Shown: positions 19,483 to 29,120 of the stretch, one piece after another
How positions within the stretch are numbered: position 1 is the stretch's first letter
How the letters are laid out: each line of letters opens with the position of its first letter
Source: Spirochaetia bacterium
GTDB lineage: Bacteria > Spirochaetota > Spirochaetia > UBA9216
DNA length: 64,000 bases
Direction of reading: 5' to 3'
Assembly: GCA_965140585.1 (NCBI GenBank)
Contig: OZ223269.1
Coordinates: forward strand, 320,001 to 384,000
Notes under the pieces: generated by a model
Seen by the model: the letters and a program-made list of their open reading frames with translations, nothing else
What the model was told of the DNA's origin: nothing
Databases searched by the model: none
Position numbers and translations under genes: made by a program

Positions 19483-20342
19483 ATTTTTTTATTAATTTTT
19501 TTTACAGGAACATAAAGCTCGGCAAGGTGGTCATGCTTTCCGGATATGGTACCGGGTGCTACGCATTTTCTGATTACATCTCCGACTATTTCGTAATCTT
19601 CCTTTTTCAGAAAATCTTTAAGCTTATCATAATATTCATCAGAGTTATTAAGACTGCCCCAGAACCTCATTGTTGCATATTCAGAGTTCTCAGGAACTTT
19701 CTGGACATATTTATTACGGGATTTATAAATACCATATTTAAGGCTGATTCCAATAAACTGATTATATTTACCGTTAATAAAATCGTCCTTACTGAACACA
19801 GTTGAAACCTGTGAAATTAAAAGCGTTGGATTGCCTTCAAGTACCGATTCAAGTTTTCGTACCGCTATCTCAAAATCTTTACGATTATCAAAGGGATATT
19901 CAAGATATATCAGCTTTAGATCCCTTGCCTGTGAAATATGAAGAACTTCGACTTCTTTATTATGTAGTGCTTCTTCAATCGATTCTATATGGCTCGTGAA
20001 GGTCCTTTTAATATTTGATAGCTCCCTTACTTTGTTTTCTGTCTCATTTATCTGCTCAATCATCAGCTCTTCAAGACTCTCTATGTTGGTTTCATTCAAT
20101 TTGGTTTTTATCATGTCATACGAAACATCGAGTTTTCTAAGGTATTTGATGAAATTGATTAAATAAAACTGAGAGGAAGAGTAGTATCTGTAGCCATTAA
20201 TCTGATCAATTTTATAAGGTTTTAACAGATTAATACTATCCCAGTATCTCAGCATTTTTGATGGAATGCCGAATATATTTGAGACTTCACCGATCGAATA
20301 ATTGTTATTGATCCACTGGTTTTTCACAGGTGCTTCTACCAT
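19479..20342 (-). CDS. MerR family transcriptional activator with BmrR/GyrI-like C-terminal effector domain
   Basis: YSIGEVSNIFGIPSKMLRYWDSINLLKP..NGYRYYS, coiled coil, C-terminal YATMRFWG...ELYVPV. Confidence 0.9.
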   Translation of the reverse strand: MVEAPVKNQWINNNYSIGEVSNIFGIPSKMLRYWDSINLLKPYKIDQINGYRYYSSSQFYLINFIKYLRKLDVSYDMIKTKLNETNIESLEELMIEQINETENKVRELSNIKRTFTSHIESIEEALHNKEVEVLHISQARDLKLIYLEYPFDNRKDFEIAVRKLESVLEGNPTLLISQVSTVFSKDDFINGKYNQFIGISLKYGIYKSRNKYVQKVPENSEYATMRFWGSLNNSDEYYDKLKDFLKKEDYEIVGDVIRKCVAPGTISGKHDHLAELYVPVKKINKKI

Positions 20343-20545
20343 GTAGTATTTACTTTTACACGACTTTATGTATTCGTCAAGAAAAATCGTCGAATGCGTT
20401 CTGTGAAATCAGATTTCAGCGTGACTGCATACAGGGCCTGCAAAAATTTGGTAAAATAAAATATTCTTCTTGTCCTTGATTTGATTAATATTAACGAATA
20501 TAAATAAAAGGGCAGGTTTTTTTAAAAGGAAAGACTTCATTCCAG

Positions 20546-21676
20546 ATGATAAATGAAATACAGGCGAAAAGCATATTAAGGAAGTATAAGAAGATAGATT
20601 CCTGGTTTATAAGCGCATATGCTATAAACCTGTACAGAGGATGCACTCATAATTGTGTTTATTGTGACGGCCGAGATGACAAATATCAGGTTGAAGGAGT
20701 TTTTGGACGTGATGTGAGTGTAAAAAGCAATGCAATTGAACTTCTGAGAAAGGAGCTTGATCCTGCCAGGAAGAGAAAACCCTTTAAAAACGGATATTTT
20801 ATCATCTGCGGCGGAGTAAGCGATTCATACCAGCCCTTCGAAAATGAGCTGCAGCTGTGCAGGCAGACTCTGGAACTATTTCGTGAATTTAATCATCCGG
20901 TTCACATCCTGACTAAATCAACTTTGGTTGAACGGGATATGGAACTGCTGCTTGATATTAACCGGAACATAGGTGCAACAGTCAGCTTCAGTTTTTCAAC
21001 CGTTGATGATGAGCTGGGGAAGCTGCTGGAACCGGGAGTGCCTCTGCCTTCAAAGCGTCTTGCTCTTATTAAAAGGATAAAAGAAGCCGGCCTTAACTGC
21101 GGAATGTTTCTTATGCCGGTTGTCCCTGGCATTACAGATTCGGCTGAGCAGATTGATGCGTCGGTAGAGGCGGCCTCAAAGGCCGGAGCTGATTACGCTG
21201 TATTCAGCGGTATGACTCTTAAACCGGGCAGGCAGAAAGATTATTTTATGAATTTCCTGGATAATTACCGCCCTGAATTAAAAAGCGGATATAATAAGGT
21301 TTACGGCAGCGAAAACAGCTGGGGTTCACCGTCTTTGACCTACGCCGCGGCTGTTGCACGGCGCTTTGATGCTGCCGCCTCAAGGCATGCATTAGCAAAA
21401 CGAATACCTTCAGAGATTTTTGAGTCTCTGGTTTCAAGGGATGAACTGATTATTCTGATTCTCGAACAGCTTGACTGGCTGATGAAACTTAAGAATCGTG
21501 AAAGTCCATATGGTTATGCAGCCTATTCCCTCACTAAAAATGAAAAGCCGGTTACTGAAATGACTTATAAAGAGTTAACCGCAATGCGCGGTATAGGAAG
21601 CTTTACAGCCCGCCTTATTCTCGAAATTATAGAGACCGGAAGCTCAGCATATTACCGTAAAATGCTGAGAGGGTAA
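20546..21676 (+). CDS. Radical SAM protein (SplB/COG1533-like) with C-terminal helix-hairpin-helix domain
   Basis: NLYRGCTHNCVYC, SDSYQPFE, ILTKS, LEPG; C-terminal YGYAAYSL..RGIG..IIETG. Confidence 0.85.
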   Translation: MINEIQAKSILRKYKKIDSWFISAYAINLYRGCTHNCVYCDGRDDKYQVEGVFGRDVSVKSNAIELLRKELDPARKRKPFKNGYFIICGGVSDSYQPFENELQLCRQTLELFREFNHPVHILTKSTLVERDMELLLDINRNIGATVSFSFSTVDDELGKLLEPGVPLPSKRLALIKRIKEAGLNCGMFLMPVVPGITDSAEQIDASVEAASKAGADYAVFSGMTLKPGRQKDYFMNFLDNYRPELKSGYNKVYGSENSWGSPSLTYAAAVARRFDAAASRHALAKRIPSEIFESLVSRDELIILILEQLDWLMKLKNRESPYGYAAYSLTKNEKPVTEMTYKELTAMRGIGSFTARLILEIIETGSSAYYRKMLRG

Positions 21677-21734
21677 ACTTTACTTTCAGCCTGCAGCTCT
21701 ATTACATAGTAAAAACGGTATTAAGGAGAAAAAG

Positions 21735-22535
21735 TTGAAAAAAGGGCAGATTTTAAGTTCGGGAATAAACCTTATTCTTATCATTTTTATTGGAATGGCT
21801 ACATTATCATGTGCAACTTTAGAAGATAAGAATATTTCAAGACCAGAGAAAGGTACAAACGGCGGTCTCATGGAATATCGTAGCTCAGAAGAAATCCAGC
21901 TGGATTATATTATCACAATTCCGGAAGGATATAGTGACATCAGCTCAGAAGGATATCCTTTTATCGTCTTCCTTCACAGTGTTCAGGAACGCGGAAATGA
22001 ACTCTCCAGGCTTATCGAAAATCCGGAAGGAGAGGGCTATGGTCTTGCATATTACGCCTCCGAAATAGATGATTTTCCTTTTATTACACTTTCTCCGCAA
22101 TGTCCCTGCAGCACTTTCTGGCCGTTCATTTCCGGGCGGGTCAAAAGGCTGATAGATGAAGTTACAGATACATACAATATAGATCCAAAACGGATCTACA
22201 TTACAGGGGTAAGCATGGGCGGAATAGGAACATGGGATATGATAATGAAATATCCGGATTTATTCGCTGCATCTGCACCGATCGCAGGTGGGGTATATCC
22301 TATGCTGATGAATAACAGCTACAAAAGGATTCTTGAGCTGCCTGTATGGGCATTTCACGATCTATATGATCCATCTCTTAAAATTAAAGATGAAATCAAT
22401 TTTATTATGAAATTAAATAATGCAGGCGGCAATATCAAATATACAATTACACAGAAGGGTATTCATTATATACAGCCGGCAATTTACTCAGGACAGGAAT
22501 TGTACGACTGGTTTTTAGCTGCAGAAAAACCCTAA
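21735..22535 (+). CDS. Alpha/beta hydrolase (peptidase/esterase-like), probable lipoprotein
   Basis: VFLH, SPQCP, RIYITGVSMGG (GxSxG), PVWAFH; signal peptide ending LSC. Confidence 0.8.
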   Translation: MKKGQILSSGINLILIIFIGMATLSCATLEDKNISRPEKGTNGGLMEYRSSEEIQLDYIITIPEGYSDISSEGYPFIVFLHSVQERGNELSRLIENPEGEGYGLAYYASEIDDFPFITLSPQCPCSTFWPFISGRVKRLIDEVTDTYNIDPKRIYITGVSMGGIGTWDMIMKYPDLFAASAPIAGGVYPMLMNNSYKRILELPVWAFHDLYDPSLKIKDEINFIMKLNNAGGNIKYTITQKGIHYIQPAIYSGQELYDWFLAAEKP

Positions 22536-23476
22536 TCATAGATTGCGGTAATTTTTTGTGCTCCATCTTTAATTATCTTTCGAAGATGGGGTGGAGACAG
22601 CACTTCTACATATTCACCGAAACTCAGAATGTAGCCGTAAAGCCATCCGTCTTCAGGCATTGAAACCGTACAAATTATGCTGCCGTCATCAAGTTTTTCA
22701 CAGGTCTTCTCATCATAATATTCTTCAACCAGATCGGTCATAGGAGTTTTAAAATGCAGTTTTATTTCAATACTGTCCCTGCCGGTACCTGTAGGACCAT
22801 ATGAATTCCGGGATTCAAACTCCTCATAGCCTTGGTCTCTTCTGATAAATCCACGTTCGAGAATTTCAGGTTCCCTGATTCTTGAAATACGGAAAAAACG
22901 GTAATCCTCCTTGCTTCTGCACCAGGCATAGAGATACCATGCACGCCATTTGAAAACTATGGTCATCGGTTCTACTATTCTGGCATCTTTCTCAAGTTTA
23001 TTGTTCGTGTAGTAGATTCTAAGAACTTTTTCCTTCTCTACTGCGGTATTTACTATCTGAAATATACGCTTCTGATCAGGTCCTCCGCCAAGCATTGTAA
23101 AATCAATATGGAGTTTAGAACTATGCTTCATAAAGGCGTCACCGGGGTGTCCAGGCATCAATCCTTTCATTTTTTCAAGAGTATTTTCAAGTTTCGGGTT
23201 GTCAATTGAATCGCTTATGCTCTTCAACGCTGTTATTATGTAGAAAATATCTTCCGGGCTGACAAGCTGCCGGTCAAGTTTAAATGTCTTCATTATACCG
23301 TAGCCGCCACGGGGACCCTGGACTGTCACAACCGGAATCCCCGCCATATCTATGGCTTCCATATCCCTCTGTATTGTACGTACTGAAACTTCAAATTTAT
23401 CAGCAAGCTCACTTGCGCTGACAAGTTCTCTGTTGAGCAGATACACTACAATTGATAACAGCCGGTCTATTTTCAT
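22532..23476 (-). CDS. YafY family HTH-WYL-WCX transcriptional regulator
   Basis: MKIDRLLSIVVYLL..ELADKFEVSVRTIQRD..GGY, RIVEP, WYLYAWC, RFFRISRI, VEVLSP. Confidence 0.93.
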   Translation of the reverse strand: MKIDRLLSIVVYLLNRELVSASELADKFEVSVRTIQRDMEAIDMAGIPVVTVQGPRGGYGIMKTFKLDRQLVSPEDIFYIITALKSISDSIDNPKLENTLEKMKGLMPGHPGDAFMKHSSKLHIDFTMLGGGPDQKRIFQIVNTAVEKEKVLRIYYTNNKLEKDARIVEPMTIVFKWRAWYLYAWCRSKEDYRFFRISRIREPEILERGFIRRDQGYEEFESRNSYGPTGTGRDSIEIKLHFKTPMTDLVEEYYDEKTCEKLDDGSIICTVSMPEDGWLYGYILSFGEYVEVLSPPHLRKIIKDGAQKITAIYD

Positions 23477-23563
23477 CTCTGTTTGAAAGGATATCGTTAT
23501 GTGAATGTTTTTGCAATAAATAAAACCTTGTGAATTTTATAGATAGAAATTAGAATTATATAT

Positions 23564-25150
23564 ATGGGCATTACAAGCAGCAATTTTTTTTCCTGGAAAT
23601 GCTTCATTCTCATATTCGCCTTTTTTATCCCAATCGAAAATCTTTTTTCAGATGAAAATTTGATAAATGCCGGATTTTTCCCCGCGGCTCCATTAGTTTC
23701 CGATACTGATGGCGAACCTGACGGCTTCTTTGTTGAATTACTGGAACGAATAGCCGAGGAAGACGGATGGCAGCTTAACTGGATAAAGGGGGCCTGGAAT
23801 GAACAGCTGCATCGGCTGGAAAAAGGCGAACTGGATATTTTACCGGCTGTCGGTCTGACTATGGAGAGAATGGATAAGTTCGATTTCTCCATTTTACCGG
23901 CCTATATTGACAGCGGTGTCCTGTATATTCGTAAAGATGATGAGATAAATGATCTTAAATCACTGGAAGGCAAAAAGGTTGCAGGTGTAGAAGGCAGTAT
24001 TTTTACAAAAGGTTTTATTGATTATTTGAGTTCTTTTGGTGTTGAATCCTCTATTCTTTATACATCAAATAATATTGAAGCTATGCAGTATCTTGAACAG
24101 GGAAAGGTCGATGCGGCTATCTGTATTTACTCGCTTGGAAATGAACTCACAAAGAGTTTTAATGTGAAGATCACATCTGTAACCTTCTCTCCAATCAATT
24201 TGATGTATGCGGTTAAAAAAGGAGAGTCTCAAGAATTTCTTGAATATTTAAATAGACGCCTATCTGAATTAATACACAATGAAAACAGTTATTACTATGA
24301 ATTATATCAAAAATGGATAAATCCGAAACCTGAATCATGGACTATCCCGATGTGGATTAAAAGTGCTGTGATGTTTCTGCTCCTTGCTGCTGGTATTATG
24401 ATAGTCTGGATAGTTTTACTTAGACTGAAGGTTAAAAGCAGAACTTGGACACTGGAAACTGAGGTAATAAAAAAGACAAAAGTAGAGGAGGAACTGAAAT
24501 CTGCACTTGAACAGAAAGATTTACTGCTTCATGAACTGTATCATCGAAATAAAAATACACTGCAAATGATATATGGAATGATACAGCTGAAATCATTCGA
24601 ATTTTCAGAGAACAGGTTAATCCATGAATTTGTTAAAAGCATGGGCAGCAGAATCATGGCGATCTCACTTGTCCATCAAATGCTCTACGAAGCCGATGAT
24701 TTTTCTAGAATTTCCCTCGATGCATATATAAAACAGCTTACAGATTTAAATATAGGCAGTTTTTCCGATATGGATACAGTGATTGATGCTGAGATTTCAG
24801 TTGATAAAATATACCTTGAAATAGATGCCGCAGTGCCTTTCGGGCTGGTTTTGAACGAGTTGATAACCAACTCGCTCAAATATGCTTTTAAGGAAACTAA
24901 AAGAGGTTTAATAAATATCACTCTGCATAAGACTGAAAATAACTATTATATTCTTGAGTACAGTGATGATGGAATTCAGATTGAAAATATTTCCGATATT
25001 TCAGATTCTTCAGGATTCGGAATCAGGATGATAAAAAAACTGGTTGAATCACAGCTGAACGGACGGCTTTACTTTTCTGCAGGTACTCCTAAGGGTCTGA
25101 CATGCAGAATAGAACTTCCGGAAACCCTCTATAACCCCAGGCTTTATTAA
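23564..25150 (+). CDS. Sensor histidine kinase with periplasmic solute-binding (family 3) domain, HisKA_2 type
   Basis: DGFFVELL..GELDI..LEGKKVA..GKVDAAI; ELYHRNKNTLQ, NELITNSLKYAF, GFG. Confidence 0.88.
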   Translation: MGITSSNFFSWKCFILIFAFFIPIENLFSDENLINAGFFPAAPLVSDTDGEPDGFFVELLERIAEEDGWQLNWIKGAWNEQLHRLEKGELDILPAVGLTMERMDKFDFSILPAYIDSGVLYIRKDDEINDLKSLEGKKVAGVEGSIFTKGFIDYLSSFGVESSILYTSNNIEAMQYLEQGKVDAAICIYSLGNELTKSFNVKITSVTFSPINLMYAVKKGESQEFLEYLNRRLSELIHNENSYYYELYQKWINPKPESWTIPMWIKSAVMFLLLAAGIMIVWIVLLRLKVKSRTWTLETEVIKKTKVEEELKSALEQKDLLLHELYHRNKNTLQMIYGMIQLKSFEFSENRLIHEFVKSMGSRIMAISLVHQMLYEADDFSRISLDAYIKQLTDLNIGSFSDMDTVIDAEISVDKIYLEIDAAVPFGLVLNELITNSLKYAFKETKRGLINITLHKTENNYYILEYSDDGIQIENISDISDSSGFGIRMIKKLVESQLNGRLYFSAGTPKGLTCRIELPETLYNPRLY

Positions 25151-25155
25151 CTCCA

Positions 25156-25184
25156 TTGACTTTTTTCATGCCTACAGGTATATT
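25156..25184 (+). promoter_or_regulatory. Strong sigma70 promoter TTGACT-17-TATATT
   Basis: Near-consensus hexamers upstream of the 64-aa gene. Confidence 0.7.
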
Positions 25185-25251
25185 AACAGACCGGATTTTA
25201 TATCTGTAAATCAGTTATCAACCGCGGCAGGCGGTATGAAAGGAGATATTA

Positions 25252-25446
25252 ATGTCAAAATCACATAGAGGTTTTGGTGTTCGTGAGCTGGTCAATAACG
25301 GAAGAGGGAGCTGCCCTGTCTGCAAGAGAACCGGTATCAAAGTTATCTACGAATACTCTAAAGATGAGAAGAAATTCATGATCTGTAAGCAGTGTAAGGC
25401 AGCAATTGCAGCCGGAAAAAAGGCTGAAGCTGTAGCTGCTCTTTAA
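25252..25446 (+). CDS. Small basic zinc-ribbon protein
   Basis: CPVC...CKQC, K/R-rich, AAGGAG RBS, own promoter and terminator. Confidence 0.85.
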   Translation: MSKSHRGFGVRELVNNGRGSCPVCKRTGIKVIYEYSKDEKKFMICKQCKAAIAAGKKAEAVAAL

Positions 25447-26747
25447 TCATCAGATTCTGATGCTGAAAGCCCGGTTTTTTGACCGGGTTTTTTTTGTATC
25501 AGAAGGTCAGACATGTTCAGCGATGATACCTGATCTATACCAGTATACAAAATACGCTGGATTACTCTGGCCGCTTCCCTGTTGTATACGTTTCTAAACT
25601 GTATTTCCCCGAACAGTACTTTAACAACATCTTCAACATCCATTGACGTAAGACTTCGTGAAGGCACCAGAGCCTCTGAGTCTTCTCCTGTTGTTATCAG
25701 CAAATTAGAAGTTATCAGCAGATCGGTGACTGTTTTTATATCTTCAGTGGAAACTGCAAACTTAATGGCCAGTTCGTTGATGTCCGGCGCTTCTCCGCCT
25801 TCGTCGAATTTTTCAGCTATAAAGACAAAGACTTCAAGACCAAAGGCGGCTTTTTCAGCAGGCTGCATCTCTGAAGGTTCCTGTCTGGTCCATGGCTTGT
25901 TTCTATGCTGATGAAGCCAGGTCAGTTCCATAGCGGCAATAATGATTATCCAGAGAATATAAAGCCAGAAAAGAAAGACCGGTACAATTGCTATTGTTCC
26001 GTAAATTACAGATGCCCGCAAAGCCCAGCTGGATATGTTTACGAAGCCGAATTTCATAATTTCCCAGGCTATCGAGCCGAGCACCGCTGCAATAGCGGCA
26101 CTTGAAGGCTTAACTTTTGCCGATGGAGTGAGGATAATCAGCATGCTTATTATCATAAAATTGAACACAAAGGGTGAAATCGATATAAATACCCGGGTTA
26201 ATGCCTTTGCCTTATCGAAGATCCAGGGATTGATTCCCTTTGAGAGGGTAAGGCTTACAGTGATAAGCAAAGTTCCGAATATTATAACCGATGTGTAGGT
26301 TGTAAATTTAGAAAAGAAGTTGTTTTTAGGCTTGCTGCCCCATATTGCATTGAGATTGCTGCTTATGCTGTCCAGAAGAAAAACACTCGAAATTGTAAAA
26401 AAAACCAGTCCGACCACCCCAAGCTTTCCTGAGTTTTCCAGAAACTGTTCAAGAAGGGCTGTCGCCTCAGCTTGTCTGGTTGGAATCATAAGCTGAACAA
26501 TGAACTCTGTCAGTTTAGTTTGTGCTGAATCAAGAATTCCAAAGGAATTCATAAGGGAAATACCCAGCGCCGCAAGAGGCACAGCTGCAAGCAGGGTTGA
26601 ATATGCCATGCTTCCAGCCCTTGCAAGACCGTTGTCTCTCATAAATTTTGTATATGTATGCACTATGGTCTGCAGAAATATTATAACCAGCGATACCGGA
26701 AGCTTATAATGCGCAGGGTTGATGTTCATTAATCTGTTCATACTCAT
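25443..26747 (-). CDS. YihY/BrkB family membrane protein with C-terminal winged-helix-like extension
   Basis: AGSMAYSTLLAAVP, LNAIW, IYGTIAIVPVFLFWLYILW. Confidence 0.88.
   Translation of the reverse strand: MSMNRLMNINPAHYKLPVSLVIIFLQTIVHTYTKFMRDNGLARAGSMAYSTLLAAVPLAALGISLMNSFGILDSAQTKLTEFIVQLMIPTRQAEATALLEQFLENSGKLGVVGLVFFTISSVFLLDSISSNLNAIWGSKPKNNFFSKFTTYTSVIIFGTLLITVSLTLSKGINPWIFDKAKALTRVFISISPFVFNFMIISMLIILTPSAKVKPSSAAIAAVLGSIAWEIMKFGFVNISSWALRASVIYGTIAIVPVFLFWLYILWIIIIAAMELTWLHQHRNKPWTRQEPSEMQPAEKAAFGLEVFVFIAEKFDEGGEAPDINELAIKFAVSTEDIKTVTDLLITSNLLITTGEDSEALVPSRSLTSMDVEDVVKVLFGEIQFRNVYNREAARVIQRILYTGIDQVSSLNMSDLLIQKKPGQKTGLSASESDD
25469..25495 (+). terminator. Rho-independent terminator
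   Basis: GCCCGGTT/GACCGGGT stem followed by a T run. Confidence 0.8.
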
Positions 26748-26805
26748 TTATCGGTAAGATCCGTCTCTAATTGAAATTATAACGATTTTACTCTATTATA
26801 ACATT

Positions 26806-28257
26806 ATGATAGAAAAAGCGTTACCGGAGCTTAGCGGTTCCGTTATATTTTTTACAGGAATAAAGGGAACAGGAATGACGGCACTTGCCGAGATTTTTCG
26901 AAGCAGGGGAGCAATTGTTACCGGTTCCGATGTTGATGAACATTTTTATACAGATGAGATCCTTACCCAGCTTGGAATCCCGGTTTTCAAGGGTTTCAGC
27001 CCCGATAATATTCCGGAAAGCACAGATCTTCTTGTTTATTCAGCGGCTTATTCGCTGACCGAGCATCCTGAACTTACAGCCGCTGCTGAACGCGGTATCA
27101 GGATGATGAGCTATGCAGAGGCTCTCGGCTCTTTATCAAGAATGAGCCGGTCAGCGGCCATAGCAGGAGTACATGGTAAAACCACTACAACTGCAATGAC
27201 AGGGACTATTCTAAATGCGCTGGAACTGCCGGCTTCAATATTAACCGGATCTGCAGCAGCCAACTTCGGCGGCAGATCCACTCTTGTTAAGGGTAATGAT
27301 TATTTTGTAGCTGAAACCTGTGAGTATAAAAGAAATTTCCTGAACTTCAGCCCCCAGTGGCTGGTTATTACCAGTGTTGAACCCGATCATCTGGATTACT
27401 ACCGTGATTATGATGATATACTCAGCGCATTTGTAGAATACGGTATGAAGCTCAGCAATGGCGGGGCACTTATTTACTGTGCAGATGATGCGGGTGCGTC
27501 TGAAGCGGCTGAACGTATAAGGGCCAACAGAGATGATGTAAGACTTGTGCCTTACGGTCTTACCGTTGACGGCGATTTTGGGCTTACTGACCTTCTACAG
27601 GCTGACGGAGAAACCAGTTTTAAAATCAACAGATTCCCTTCAGTAAAAATGAAACTTCTCGTTCCCGGAACTCATAATGTTCTCAATGCAGCTGCTGCAA
27701 TTGCCGTGGCCTGTCAGCTTCTTGATATAGAAGACCGCGGCCGTGATTCCGGTGAGCTTATTTCAGAGGCTCTCGCCGGATTCAGGGGAACCAAACGCAG
27801 AAGTGAGATACTTGGAAGCTCCGGCGATATAGTTTTCATGGATGATTACGGACACCATCCTGCTGCAATAAAAACCACTCTCCGCGGACTCAGGGATTTT
27901 TATCCAAATAGACGGATAATTGTCGATTTCATGAGCCATACGTACTCAAGAACCGAAGCCCTCCTTGATGATTTCAGCAAATCCTTTGATGCAGCGGATG
28001 TTGTAATTCTTCATAAAATCTATGCCTCGGCAAGAGAAAAACAGGGAACTGTCCGCGGTCAGGATCTTTATGAGCAGACAAAGAAAAACCACAGTGCTGT
28101 TCAGTATTTCGAAGAAGTAATGGACGCAAAAGACTTTGTTATAAACGAACTCAAACCCGGTGACCTTTTTGTAACGATGGGTGCCGGTGATAACTGGAAA
28201 CTCGGCGAGTCGGTTTACAGTTATTTTAAAGAAGAACAATACGGATGTACTGAATGA
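26806..28257 (+). CDS. murC: UDP-N-acetylmuramate--L-alanine ligase
   Basis: GIKGTGM, GSD, GVHGKTTTT, ETCEY, DHLDYY, DDYGHHP, HTYSRT, TMGAG. Confidence 0.95.
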   Translation: MIEKALPELSGSVIFFTGIKGTGMTALAEIFRSRGAIVTGSDVDEHFYTDEILTQLGIPVFKGFSPDNIPESTDLLVYSAAYSLTEHPELTAAAERGIRMMSYAEALGSLSRMSRSAAIAGVHGKTTTTAMTGTILNALELPASILTGSAAANFGGRSTLVKGNDYFVAETCEYKRNFLNFSPQWLVITSVEPDHLDYYRDYDDILSAFVEYGMKLSNGGALIYCADDAGASEAAERIRANRDDVRLVPYGLTVDGDFGLTDLLQADGETSFKINRFPSVKMKLLVPGTHNVLNAAAAIAVACQLLDIEDRGRDSGELISEALAGFRGTKRRSEILGSSGDIVFMDDYGHHPAAIKTTLRGLRDFYPNRRIIVDFMSHTYSRTEALLDDFSKSFDAADVVILHKIYASAREKQGTVRGQDLYEQTKKNHSAVQYFEEVMDAKDFVINELKPGDLFVTMGAGDNWKLGESVYSYFKEEQYGCTE

Positions 28258-29120
28258 AAAGCATGACCGGATACGGCTATACCGAGTTCCAGGATGAGAA
28301 AATCCATATCACTCTTGAGATTAAATCATACAATAACAGATACCTTGATATTATTATCAATCAGCCGGTATTTCTTAATCCGCTTGAAGCAGAGCTGCGT
28401 AAGTTTATCTCAAGCAGGGCTGAAAGGGGCAGAGTTGAAGTATATATCAGGGTAAGGGAACTTGAAGAGGATATAGTTGTCCATCTTGATAAACCTGCTG
28501 TCGCTGTATATTCAGAAACCCTGAATAAAATTAAGGAGCTTGCCGGTATTGAGCAGAGCCTTGAACTTTCTCATTTTCTTGCCCTCGACGGGATTCTTAA
28601 AACTGAAAAAAAGCGGGATATTGATCATTACCGTGAACTGCTTGCGCCGATGTATGAGGAAGGCTTCAGACAGTGGGATGCTTCAAGACAGAAAGAGGGA
28701 GCAGAAACAGAAGCCGATATACGTAATAATATAAACGGAATCTACAGTGCCCTTGAACTCTTTGAGCAGAAGGGTGACGAGATGGAATCCGAAATCAGAA
28801 ACGGAATTGCTTCAAAATTTCAGGAAGTGCTGGGAAGTGAAATTGATGAGCAGCGGATTCTTACTGAAACAGCAGTCCTGCTGGTAAAATATACAATCAA
28901 TGAAGAGATTATGCGTCTTCGCGGCCATCTTGATTCCTTCATTGAGGGGGTAGAGTCAGGGGAAGCCGTCGGAAAAAAGCTCGACTTTATTTGCCAGGAA
29001 ATTAACCGTGAGGTGAACACAATCGGTTCTAAATCGACAATATTTGAAGTGAATAAAAGGGTTGTTGAAGTAAAAGACAACCTTGAAAAGATTCGGGAAC
29101 AGCTGAGGAATGTTGAATAG
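28254..29120 (+). CDS. yicC: YicC/YloC family endoribonuclease
   Basis: MKSMTGYG, SYNNRYLD, RGRV, GKKLDFICQEINREVNTIGSK, IREQLRNVE. Confidence 0.93.
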   Translation: MKSMTGYGYTEFQDEKIHITLEIKSYNNRYLDIIINQPVFLNPLEAELRKFISSRAERGRVEVYIRVRELEEDIVVHLDKPAVAVYSETLNKIKELAGIEQSLELSHFLALDGILKTEKKRDIDHYRELLAPMYEEGFRQWDASRQKEGAETEADIRNNINGIYSALELFEQKGDEMESEIRNGIASKFQEVLGSEIDEQRILTETAVLLVKYTINEEIMRLRGHLDSFIEGVESGEAVGKKLDFICQEINREVNTIGSKSTIFEVNKRVVEVKDNLEKIREQLRNVE

